From Candidatus Nomurabacteria bacterium (GTDB lineage: Bacteria; Patescibacteriota; Minisyncoccia; Phycocordibacterales; UBA9973), in assembly GCA_026396015.1 (NCBI GenBank), contig JAPLXP010000004.1, forward strand, positions 1,546 through 65,545: a stretch of 64,000 nucleotides of DNA, read 5' to 3'. Below the pieces are notes generated by a model. It saw only the letters and a program-made list of their open reading frames with translations, made no database searches and was not told the origin of the DNA. Shown piece by piece: positions 1 to 8,013 of the stretch. The position numbers and the translations under genes were made by a program. The stretch's first letter is position 1, and every line of letters starts with the position of its first letter.

Positions 1-366
1 CTCAGAGCGTACTTGATCCACTGGTTTACCTTCTCTATCCGCAACTCTACCAGTACGAGAATCAAAATCACAATCCAATTTTATCTTGAATGAATCAGGG
101 ACAAAGTACCAAGCCAACCGACTCTCAAAAATAAAGTTGTCATGACTCTCTCCGTATCGTTTTGTATTGTCATCCAAGTCTCTGTCGTATTTATCAGTTG
201 TCTTTGATAATACTTCAAATTCATTCAGGGTCATACCTAGATTTTTTGCGACTTCTCGGAACATGTTGCCAGTAGAAATATACTCGTACCCAAGTTTTTC
301 AGTGAGCATTTTAGCTGTAGTACTCTTGCCAGTCCCCGCCAACCCAAAAATAGTTATCTTTGCCAT
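1..366 (-). CDS. cmk: Cytidylate kinase-like P-loop kinase (archaeal-type Cmk family); 3' end runs off the window
   Basis: Not in the ORF track. Manual translation from ATG 366 gives MAKITIFGLAGTGKSTTAKML...GYEYISTGNMFRE...ESRLAW, with a Walker A motif and an open frame to position 1. Confidence 0.8.
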   Translation of the reverse strand, partial: MAKITIFGLAGTGKSTTAKMLTEKLGYEYISTGNMFREVAKNLGMTLNEFEVLSKTTDKYDRDLDDNTKRYGESHDNFIFESRLAWYFVPDSFKIKLDCDFDSRTGRVADREGKPVDQVRSE

Positions 367-413
367 ATATAGACATACTACCAAAAAAGCCATATATTTG
401 CTATATTCTAAAA

Positions 414-1715
414 ATGAAGATTCTAGCAATAGAGACATCCTGTGATGATACAGGCATAGCGATACTAGACGCGAAAAAACGCGGAAAGAAAAGTCATTGC
501 CTACACATGATGGCAAATGTAATACAATCCCAACCCATTCATACGAACTATGGAGGTGTATTCCCTATGATGGCAAAGCGCGAGCACGGCAAAAATATCG
601 TGCCTGTTTTTGAAAAGGCATTAAGAGATGCAGAATTGTTTACTCCCTCGGCCTCCGGCCACTCCCCCTTTGCAGAGCGAGAAGGACTCAAACTCAAATC
701 AAAAATTCTAAAAATCCTAGAAAGAGAGAATAATTTAGGTGAAGTATTCCTAGAGCATATAGTAAAAATTAAAAAACCAAAGATTGACGCCATAGCTGTG
801 ACAGTGGGCCCAGGCCTCGAGCCAGCACTATGGGTAGGTATCAGCTTTGCTAAAGCCTTATCACTAGCATGGGATCTACCACTACTACCAGTGAACCATA
901 TGGAGGGGCACATACTATCCATATTGATGACAGACGAAGGGAAAATACCAGAGATACAATTCCCTGCTCTTTCATTACTCGTATCTGGTGGACACACAGA
1001 ACTAGTACTCATAAAGGATTTCGGCAAATACAAAATCATCGGCCAGACCAGAGACGATGCAGCCGGTGAAGCCTTTGATAAGGTGGCCCGAATGCTAGCC
1101 CTACCATACCCCGGTGGACCAGAGATTTCAAAACTAGCAAATGCGCAACGAAGGAATATTGTTACAGGAAGCCTTGCGCAGGCTGGCGAGACGAGCAGAG
1201 AAATTTTTCAGCAGAAAAATATTCGTGCTGACGGAAATAACATGCAGAGTGGAGAACTTAAAATTTCATTACCTCGCCCAATGATACACTCTGGGGATTT
1301 TGATTTTTCGTTCTCAGGCCTCAAGACAGCTGTCCTATATCTAATCCGTGATTTAGAAAAAGAACATTCTGATATTCTCAAGAATGTCAGAATGTCGCAA
1401 GCTATTGCCTGTGAAGTGGAGGATTCGATAGTGGAGGTACTGACACACAAAACCATCAAGGCAATAGAGAAACACAAAATACAGACACTAATAGTAGGTG
1501 GTGGAGTATCTGCGAATACACATTTACAAAAAACTCTCAGAGAAAAAGTGAAGAAGACAAATCCTGACACTACTGTATACTTCCCTACAAAAAAACTTTC
1601 CACTGACAACGGTCTGATGATCGCTATCGCCGGCTACTTTAATGCACTCAAAAAACCAATAAAAAAATCCCGTTCACTCTCATCTCTGAAAGCAAACGGG
1701 AATTTAGGGTTTTAA
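414..1715 (+). CDS. tsaD: tRNA N6-adenosine threonylcarbamoyltransferase TsaD carrying two in-frame insertions
   Basis: ILAIETSCDDT, GPGL, NHMEGH, VSGGHT, DDAAGEAFDK, FSFSGLKTA, TDNGLMIA motifs. Start moved to ATG 414. Confidence 0.96.
   Translation: MKILAIETSCDDTGIAILDAKKRGKKSHCLHMMANVIQSQPIHTNYGGVFPMMAKREHGKNIVPVFEKALRDAELFTPSASGHSPFAEREGLKLKSKILKILERENNLGEVFLEHIVKIKKPKIDAIAVTVGPGLEPALWVGISFAKALSLAWDLPLLPVNHMEGHILSILMTDEGKIPEIQFPALSLLVSGGHTELVLIKDFGKYKIIGQTRDDAAGEAFDKVARMLALPYPGGPEISKLANAQRRNIVTGSLAQAGETSREIFQQKNIRADGNNMQSGELKISLPRPMIHSGDFDFSFSGLKTAVLYLIRDLEKEHSDILKNVRMSQAIACEVEDSIVEVLTHKTIKAIEKHKIQTLIVGGGVSANTHLQKTLREKVKKTNPDTTVYFPTKKLSTDNGLMIAIAGYFNALKKPIKKSRSLSSLKANGNLGF
642..686. repeat. 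Short GC-rich REP-like insertion inside tsaD (encodes TPSASGHSPFAEREG)
   Basis: GC-rich patch ctccctcggcctccggccactccccctt... with a ggcc-tcc-ggcc hairpin in an AT-rich gene. The peptide is not part of the usual TsaD motifs. Confidence 0.5.
1156..1242 (+). mobile_element. Palindromic element family A, copy 1, in frame inside tsaD
   Basis: atattgtt..ccttgcgcaggc..cgagcagag.aatttttca.cagaaaaatat.cgtg is shared with the intergenic copy at 38571, and the core is shared with the copy at 56021. Confidence 0.75.
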
Positions 1716-2312
1716 TTAATCTGTTCTTATTTTATTCAACTTTTCCTCAATATTAAACAGATAATCCATAGATTTCTTGTTATTCTCCCTAACAAAATCA
1801 GGCTTATCCAACCTGAAAGACAATGCAATTCTTGACATTTTTTTTATTTCTTTAATAGGCATATTAGATTGGTAGCATCCGAAATGGAAAATACCATCGA
1901 ATGATTCATTCAAAATAGGCAATGAGTCCAAAAAATCCTCTACATCTAAAAAACCACAACTCTTAAGACTAAAAACATCAATACGATACATAATTATACC
2001 AAAACAACCATACATATCTTCTTTAATCATTTTAAAAAGATTATGTTTTTCATCTTTAGGGTTTTCGGGTACTTCAAAAGAAAAATTATATTCAAAAAAT
2101 TTAATAAATTTTTCAGGTATTTTACTTTTTATTTCATTCAATAACGGAACAAAAGCCTCCTCCTGTTTTCTCTTTTTTAGTTTTTCAACTCTTATTTGCA
2201 GCTCCCTTGCATATGAATTATATTCATAGCACATATTTAAAGCTCTACCCAAAGAATAAGCAGAATAGGCTGATGTTTTCGAAGTATTAACTTCATCTAT
2301 CTTGTCTTCCAT
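1716..2312 (-). CDS. Hypothetical protein (very AT-rich, probably accessory)
   Basis: 198-aa ORF antisense between tsaD and valS; no recognisable motif. Confidence 0.6.
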   Translation of the reverse strand: MEDKIDEVNTSKTSAYSAYSLGRALNMCYEYNSYARELQIRVEKLKKRKQEEAFVPLLNEIKSKIPEKFIKFFEYNFSFEVPENPKDEKHNLFKMIKEDMYGCFGIIMYRIDVFSLKSCGFLDVEDFLDSLPILNESFDGIFHFGCYQSNMPIKEIKKMSRIALSFRLDKPDFVRENNKKSMDYLFNIEEKLNKIRTD

Positions 2313-2416
2313 ATTAATTTAATATTAAATTTTCTTTCAGAATACCACTTTAAAATATTAAGTCAAAGTACTTTGAAATCATTGGAAATATGGCTTGAAA
2401 ATGCTATATTTTATAG

Positions 2417-4591
2417 ATGGAATACAAGGAACCAAATATTGATAAAAAACTATTACAACCATATAATCCTGCGGAAACAGAGGATCGTATTTACAAGCAA
2501 TGGGAAGAAAGCGGATTCTTCAATCCTGATGTATGTATTGAAAAGGGTGCGACATCTCCTGATGCAAAACATTTCTCTATTATTATGCCCCCACCAAATG
2601 CAAATGGGCGTCTTCATGCTGGCCATAGTCTCGTGATGACACTACAAGACATCATGACTCGCTACCACAGAATGAAAGGTGAAAAGACTCTCTGGGTACC
2701 TGGAGCAGATCATGCTGGATTTGAGACTCAAATAGTATACGAGAGAAAACTAGAAAAAGAAGGCCGTTCACGATTTGACATGAAGCCAGAGGATCTCTAC
2801 AAAGAAATTTATGACTTTACAATTGAAAGTAAAAAATTCATGGAAGCTGACGTGCGTCGCATTGGTGCCTCTTGCGATTGGTCACGTGAAAAATTCACGC
2901 TCGATCCTAGTGTTGTAAAAACGGTACAACAAACTTTTGACAAAATGTTCAAAGACGATTTGATCTACCGAGGTGATCGTATTGTAAACTGGTGCGCAAA
3001 GCATCAGACTTCCCTTTCTGACCTAGAAACAGAATTTAAAGAAAAAGCTGATAAATTTTATTATTTCAAATATGGACCTTTTACAATAGGTACAGCTCGC
3101 CCTGAGACAAAGTTTGGAGATAAATATGTCGTTATGCATCCAGATGATAAAAGGTACGCAGAATACGAGCACGGAGATAAATTCATAGCTGAGTGGATCA
3201 ATGGACCGATAGAGGCGACTATAATAAAGGACGATAGTATCGATATGGAATTCGGAACAGGTGTGATGACTATAACACCATGGCACTCAAATGTTGACTT
3301 TGATATCGCAGAAAAATACAAATTAGACAAGGAGCAGATTATAGACTGGAAAGGAAAACTCATGCCAATAGCTGGCGAGTTTGAAGGTCAGCATATATCC
3401 AAAGCACGCGCTCAAATAGTAGAGAAATTAAAAGAAAAAGGACTACTTGTAAAAGTTGATGATGAGTACAAACACAATGTAAAGGTATGCTACAAATGTG
3501 AGACAGTCATAGAACCACAAATAAAAGACCAGTGGTTCGTAAAAATGGCACCACTTGCAAAAAGAGCACTGGAGGTAGTAGAAGCTGGAAAAATAAAATT
3601 CTACCCAAGTAACTATGAAAAGATTTTCAAATACTGGATGGAAAATACAATAGACTGGAATATTTCAAGACAAATCATCTGGGGAATTCCAATTCCTGCA
3701 AAGATTTGTGAAAAGTGCAAGAAGGGTTATTCTGATCTTGAAGATGAACTTACTACTTGTGATTGTGGTGGTAATCTACAAAAAGATACAGATACTTTTG
3801 ATACATGGTTCTCATCAGGACAGTGGACACTGCTCGCACTAGGATACCCAGATTTGAAGGATGTAAATATTTATCACCCAACTAGTGTGATGGAGACTGG
3901 TGCTGATCTAATTTTCAAATGGATTCCTCGAATGGTTATTTTTGCGCTTTATCTAAAAGATGAAATTGCTTTTCAAGATGTATACCTAAACGGAATGGTA
4001 AATGATGAAAAGAATCAAAAAATGAGCAAATCAAAAGGCAACGTAATCAGTCCGGTTGATTTGATAGATATTTACGGAGCAGATGCCCTACGTATGGCAT
4101 TGATAGTTGGCAACACACCAGGGACTGACATCGCACTATCAAAAGATAAAATCAAAGCATATAAACACTTTGCAAATAAGCTCTGGAACATCGCACGCTT
4201 TACCCTATCAGCAACAGAAGGTATCGTATGTGATCCAACATTCAATGAATACACAGACAGTGAAAAATCTTTAATTGAGGAAAGAGATAATTTAATTTCT
4301 GAAATTACAAAGGAAATGGATGAATACAAATTCTATCTAGTCGGAGAAAAGCTCTACGCATACGCATGGACACGATTCGCTGATGTGATAATCGAAGAGA
4401 GTAAATCAATACTAAATGGCGAGGATGTGAATGCAAAAATGGCTCGTGCACAATTCCTACTGAATACTCTTGAAAAGATTACGACAGTACTACACCCATT
4501 CATGCCATTCGTCACAGAAGAATTATGGTCCATTATTCATAAAGACACAGGCCTACTAATGGTAGAAAAATGGCCAAAAATAAATAACTAA
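2417..4591 (+). CDS. valS: Valine--tRNA ligase (short form lacking the C-terminal coiled coil)
   Basis: PPPNANGRLHAGH (HIGH), GADHAG, DWNISRQ, DTWFSS, KMSKS motifs. Confidence 0.96.
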   Translation: MEYKEPNIDKKLLQPYNPAETEDRIYKQWEESGFFNPDVCIEKGATSPDAKHFSIIMPPPNANGRLHAGHSLVMTLQDIMTRYHRMKGEKTLWVPGADHAGFETQIVYERKLEKEGRSRFDMKPEDLYKEIYDFTIESKKFMEADVRRIGASCDWSREKFTLDPSVVKTVQQTFDKMFKDDLIYRGDRIVNWCAKHQTSLSDLETEFKEKADKFYYFKYGPFTIGTARPETKFGDKYVVMHPDDKRYAEYEHGDKFIAEWINGPIEATIIKDDSIDMEFGTGVMTITPWHSNVDFDIAEKYKLDKEQIIDWKGKLMPIAGEFEGQHISKARAQIVEKLKEKGLLVKVDDEYKHNVKVCYKCETVIEPQIKDQWFVKMAPLAKRALEVVEAGKIKFYPSNYEKIFKYWMENTIDWNISRQIIWGIPIPAKICEKCKKGYSDLEDELTTCDCGGNLQKDTDTFDTWFSSGQWTLLALGYPDLKDVNIYHPTSVMETGADLIFKWIPRMVIFALYLKDEIAFQDVYLNGMVNDEKNQKMSKSKGNVISPVDLIDIYGADALRMALIVGNTPGTDIALSKDKIKAYKHFANKLWNIARFTLSATEGIVCDPTFNEYTDSEKSLIEERDNLISEITKEMDEYKFYLVGEKLYAYAWTRFADVIIEESKSILNGEDVNAKMARAQFLLNTLEKITTVLHPFMPFVTEELWSIIHKDTGLLMVEKWPKINN

Positions 4592-5301
4592 TGAATAATA
4601 TATTTAATGATCCTAAAACATTAATATACGCGATACTCGGAGGATTACTACCAGCGATAGCATGGCTATGGTTCTGGCTAAAAGAAGAAGATGGTGATGA
4701 CAATGAGCCCACAGGATTAATCATTATGTCGTTTATACTCGGGGGAACAATGGTACTACTGGCTATATTCCTTGAAAAATATTCTTTGAATTTTATAACA
4801 GATAAGACATGGCAGATCATAGCATGGGCGGGAATCGAGGAAATACTAAAACTATTAGGAGTAGCTCTTATACTATTCGGTAGTGGCATGGCAGATAGGC
4901 CGATAGACTACCCTATGTACTTTATCGCTGTAGCACTCGGATTCGCTGCTCTTGAAAATATTTTCTTTTTGATCAACCCACTCCAAGTCAGTGGTGCAGT
5001 CGTAGGATTGATAACTGGTAATTTAAGATTCCTTGGATCCACACTCCTACACGCAATCGCTAGCAGTATGATTGGTAGTGCACTCGGCTTAGCATTCTAT
5101 TTGAGGAATTATCGTATGACTTATTTATTCATCGGAATAATTTGCGCAGTCACCTTGCACAGTATATTTAATTTCTTTATAATGGAAGGAAGCGGTGAAA
5201 ATTTCCTCTCTGTTTTTGGTTTCCTATGGGTCGTCGCGATTATAAATATTCTTATTTTTGAAAAACTAAGAAGAATGAGTCCGCAAACTGCGGCACACTA
5301 A
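4591..5301 (+). CDS. PrsW-family intramembrane metalloprotease
   Basis: EEILK, GFAALEN, LLHA and LHSIFN motifs; multiple TM helices. Confidence 0.85.
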   Translation: MNNIFNDPKTLIYAILGGLLPAIAWLWFWLKEEDGDDNEPTGLIIMSFILGGTMVLLAIFLEKYSLNFITDKTWQIIAWAGIEEILKLLGVALILFGSGMADRPIDYPMYFIAVALGFAALENIFFLINPLQVSGAVVGLITGNLRFLGSTLLHAIASSMIGSALGLAFYLRNYRMTYLFIGIICAVTLHSIFNFFIMEGSGENFLSVFGFLWVVAIINILIFEKLRRMSPQTAAH

Positions 5302-5308
5302 AAATATT

Positions 5309-5806
5309 ATGTTAAAAAAGAAATCATTTTTTGAAAAATTAACTGGAAGTATCAAATTCGACGAAGAAGATGATTTTTTGCAAGACGATGAAAAACACGC
5401 AAAAAAATCTACTCCTGAATTAAAGAAACACATACACGAAAAGGAAGAAGAAGCTGCAGTAGTTGAAGAAGAGGAAGAAGGACAGCTAACCATAGATGTA
5501 TATCAGACAAATGGTGAGATCGTAGTTCAGAGTATGATCGCAGGAGTCCTACCAGAGAATCTTTCAATCATGATCACTCGCGACATGATCACAATCAAAG
5601 GCAAGCGCGAAGAAAATAGAACAATCAAAGAGGGAGACTACTACGTGAGAGAACTCTATTGGGGAAGCTTTTCAAGAACTATCAACCTCCCTGAAGAAGT
5701 AGATCCTGAAGAAGCCGAAGCTATCGAAAAGCATGGCCTCCTCATCATCAAACTCCCAAAGATAAATAAGAACAAGCAAACAAATCTAAAGGTGAAATCT
5801 ATATAA
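5309..5806 (+). CDS. Hsp20/alpha-crystallin small heat-shock protein
   Basis: IDVYQT...ELYWGSFSRTINLP...GLLIIKLPK. Confidence 0.9.
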   Translation: MLKKKSFFEKLTGSIKFDEEDDFLQDDEKHAKKSTPELKKHIHEKEEEAAVVEEEEEGQLTIDVYQTNGEIVVQSMIAGVLPENLSIMITRDMITIKGKREENRTIKEGDYYVRELYWGSFSRTINLPEEVDPEEAEAIEKHGLLIIKLPKINKNKQTNLKVKSI

Positions 5807-5839
5807 ATAAAAGCCTGCAATTGCAGGCTTTTATTTATA
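5802..5839. terminator. Intrinsic terminator hairpin
   Basis: ataaataaaagcctgcaa-ttgcaggcttttatttat inverted repeat at the end of the Hsp20 gene. Confidence 0.75.
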
Positions 5840-5954
5840 TATTGATAATTATCAAAAAATCTGATAATATCAATACACAGATGAATAAGGTTTTAGATAT
5901 GCCTAGATAGCTGTTTTGGTGGATAACGCCAAATAGATTATTAAGGTTAAAATT

Positions 5955-6027
5955 GCCTAGATAGCTCAGTTGGTAGAGCGCTCCCCTGAAGAGGGATAGG
6001 TCCCCAGTTCAAATCTGGGTCTAGGCA
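5955..6027 (+). tRNA. tRNA-Phe(GAA)
   Basis: Cloverleaf gcctaga...tctaggc-a, anticodon loop ctGAAga, T-loop ttcaaat. Confidence 0.93.
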
Positions 6028-6118
6028 CAAAAGTATTACATAGCATCTATAAAGTTGGAATCATTTTAATCTGAGTCTAGGAACCAATAAACAGAAATAA
6101 AACACCCATATGGGTGCT

Positions 6119-6421
6119 TTATTTCTGTAATCCGTTTAGTATTCCTTGGACGCTTTTCAAGTCTGGTACAGCACCACTGTTGAGGCCTGCTTTTTGTTGT
6201 TGTAATAATTCTGATGAACTATTATACATATCAAAAACTCCTCCGATATATGGCTGTACAAAATAGTATGCACCATACGAAGCTCCAATAATCACGATCC
6301 AATACAAAATACGGTAGATCTGAGCCATGCGCTGTGCATTGCGGATCTTTTTGAGCATCTCATTGTTCTCTCGAGAAAGCTCAAGATTTGCTTCTAACAA
6401 TTGCTTTATATCTGGTTCCAT
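6119..6421 (-). CDS. Small single-TM hypothetical protein downstream of the tRNA-Arg element
   Basis: 100-aa ORF with an N-terminal coiled coil and a hydrophobic helix; TGGTATAAT just upstream. Confidence 0.7.
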   Translation of the reverse strand: MEPDIKQLLEANLELSRENNEMLKKIRNAQRMAQIYRILYWIVIIGASYGAYYFVQPYIGGVFDMYNSSSELLQQQKAGLNSGAVPDLKSVQGILNGLQK

Positions 6422-6459
6422 TATTTTTTAATTATACCAAATATAAAAATAAAAACGAG

Positions 6460-6622
6460 TGTGCCCTCAGCGGGAATATCGAAACTTACAGTTTCAGTAC
6501 ACCGTTTCCATTCGCGAGTACGCTCATATGGAAAAGGTCTTCGATTCCCGCACGCAATCAAAGCAGTTTGATTGCTTTCGGGCACAAATTAAAAAATCCC
6601 CCTAAGGAGATTTTTTAATTTG
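6460..6622 (-). repeat. tRNA-3'-derived multi-hairpin element (Arg copy)
   Basis: Direct copy of the tRNA 3' end (6460-6477), conserved core (6481-6541), inverted tRNA 3' copy interrupted by a gcag-loop hairpin (6540-6586), and a spacer hairpin up to the tRNA. Confidence 0.85.
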
Positions 6623-6694
6623 TGCCCTCAGCGGGAATCGAACCTACATCTATCCCTTAGGACGGGACTGTTCTATCCATTGAACTATGAGGGC
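6623..6694 (-). tRNA. tRNA-Arg(CCT)
   Basis: Reverse complement gccctca...tgagggc-a, anticodon loop gtCCTaa, T-loop ttcgatt. Confidence 0.92.
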
Positions 6695-6746
6695 ATAAAA
6701 GCGCCTATATAGGCGCCTTTATAATACTATAGAAAGAATATTTTTA

Positions 6747-6986
6747 CTACTCTGCGATATTCAATAAGTCAGCAATCTTTGGCTTGTTGAAACCAACGAT
6801 TACATTATTATCAATAATTATTACAGGTACACCCATCTGACCAGTCTTGTCCACCATCTCCTTTCTCTTGCCTAGATCCATAGATACATCAAAATCTTCA
6901 AATGCTACATTATTCTCCTTGAAATAATCTTTTGCCATGTGGCAAAAATGACATGTTGGTGTGCTATATACTGTGACTTTACTCAT
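6747..6986 (-). CDS. Glutaredoxin (NrdH/YruB-like)
   Basis: YSTPTCHFC, GQMGVPV and GFN motifs. Confidence 0.92.
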   Translation of the reverse strand: MSKVTVYSTPTCHFCHMAKDYFKENNVAFEDFDVSMDLGKRKEMVDKTGQMGVPVIIIDNNVIVGFNKPKIADLLNIAE

Positions 6987-7095
6987 AAATATTTTCTTGG
7001 CCGACCTATTAGGGTTTAGGCATAATTATTAATAATAAGTTTGGAAATTTATTATATCATAAAAAATTTTCATGCAACACTTGACACAAGAGCAT

Positions 7096-7479
7096 CTAAA
7101 TCAGACCATCAAATCCCCCCTTGTACTGCACGGCCTGCACATCAGCATTATCTATCCACACATAATTCCCTCCTCTTGGTTTTCCAAATACAATCCCGTG
7201 ATATTTGAATCCGTGATTATTCAGCCATGATTCAGTCGCGTCTCTATGATCTTCTTTTCGTGAAGTAAAGAATGTAATAATATGACCATTTAAATGTAGA
7301 TTATTTACAAATTCTAATGCACCTGGTAGCTCGTATGCTGTTGCAAATCTTTCAGGCTCTTCATTAGGAATGTCTTCACACACAGTACCATCGATATCTA
7401 TCAGATAATTTTTCATCCCTACTGGCAATACAGGACTACCTTTCTTTCCATCTTCATTTTTTACTTCTTGTAGATTCAT
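7096..7479 (-). CDS. Capless HAD-superfamily phosphatase
   Basis: DIDGT motif I, FTSR, GKP and IDN motifs. Confidence 0.8.
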   Translation of the reverse strand: MNLQEVKNEDGKKGSPVLPVGMKNYLIDIDGTVCEDIPNEEPERFATAYELPGALEFVNNLHLNGHIITFFTSRKEDHRDATESWLNNHGFKYHGIVFGKPRGGNYVWIDNADVQAVQYKGGFDGLI

Positions 7480-7486
7480 ATTAAAA

Positions 7487-7870
7487 TTAACTTTTATTAA
7501 AAATATTTTTAAACCAATTCACAAAACCATGCTCTTTCAGTGATTCTGATGGGGCAGTATTTGTATCATTAGGATCGACAATGATTAGCATCTTCTCCCC
7601 TGGCTTTACTACTTGGTATTTTTCTCTAATCACATCTTCTGTGCCCTTTTCTGTTTTTAATTTTTCTATAGATGAGTTTAGAGACTTTTCTCGGTCCTCT
7701 AATCTACCCACTTTATCCAATACTAAAGATTTTGTATTAGCAGTCTCTCTTTCTTTTTTGAATAATCCAACCATATTGAAAGAAAAAATCACCAATATCA
7801 AAAATAGCACGATTAGTGATAACGGTGAGTGCCAAAATGTATTTGTACTTTTTCTCTTGAATTCTGCCAT
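7487..7870 (-). CDS. Septum formation initiator family protein (FtsB/DivIC-like)
   Basis: N-terminal TM helix, coiled coil, and IREKYQVVKPGE motif. Confidence 0.8.
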   Translation of the reverse strand: MAEFKRKSTNTFWHSPLSLIVLFLILVIFSFNMVGLFKKERETANTKSLVLDKVGRLEDREKSLNSSIEKLKTEKGTEDVIREKYQVVKPGEKMLIIVDPNDTNTAPSESLKEHGFVNWFKNIFNKS

Positions 7871-7920
7871 ATTTCTGCTATGATTATAGCATGATTTTCA
7901 GCGCGAAAGGCCAAAAGAGA

Positions 7921-7998
7921 ATGCGTACAGCTTTTTCAGTAGTAGCAATACTAGTGATCATAAGCATGATACTGCTTTATATCCCAACACTTAAATAA
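7921..7998 (+). CDS. Possible 25-aa membrane microprotein
   Basis: Manual translation MRTAFSVVAILVIISMILLYIPTLK*; fills the gap between the FtsB-like gene and lepA. Confidence 0.4.
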   Translation: MRTAFSVVAILVIISMILLYIPTLK

Positions 7999-8013
7999 TA
8001 GGAATACAGGGGA

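Noticed and set aside
6460-6622. Second tRNA gene or intron-split tRNA
   Set aside because: Only T-arm and acceptor 3' fragments are present, with no D-arm or anticodon arm, and the adjacent tRNA is complete.
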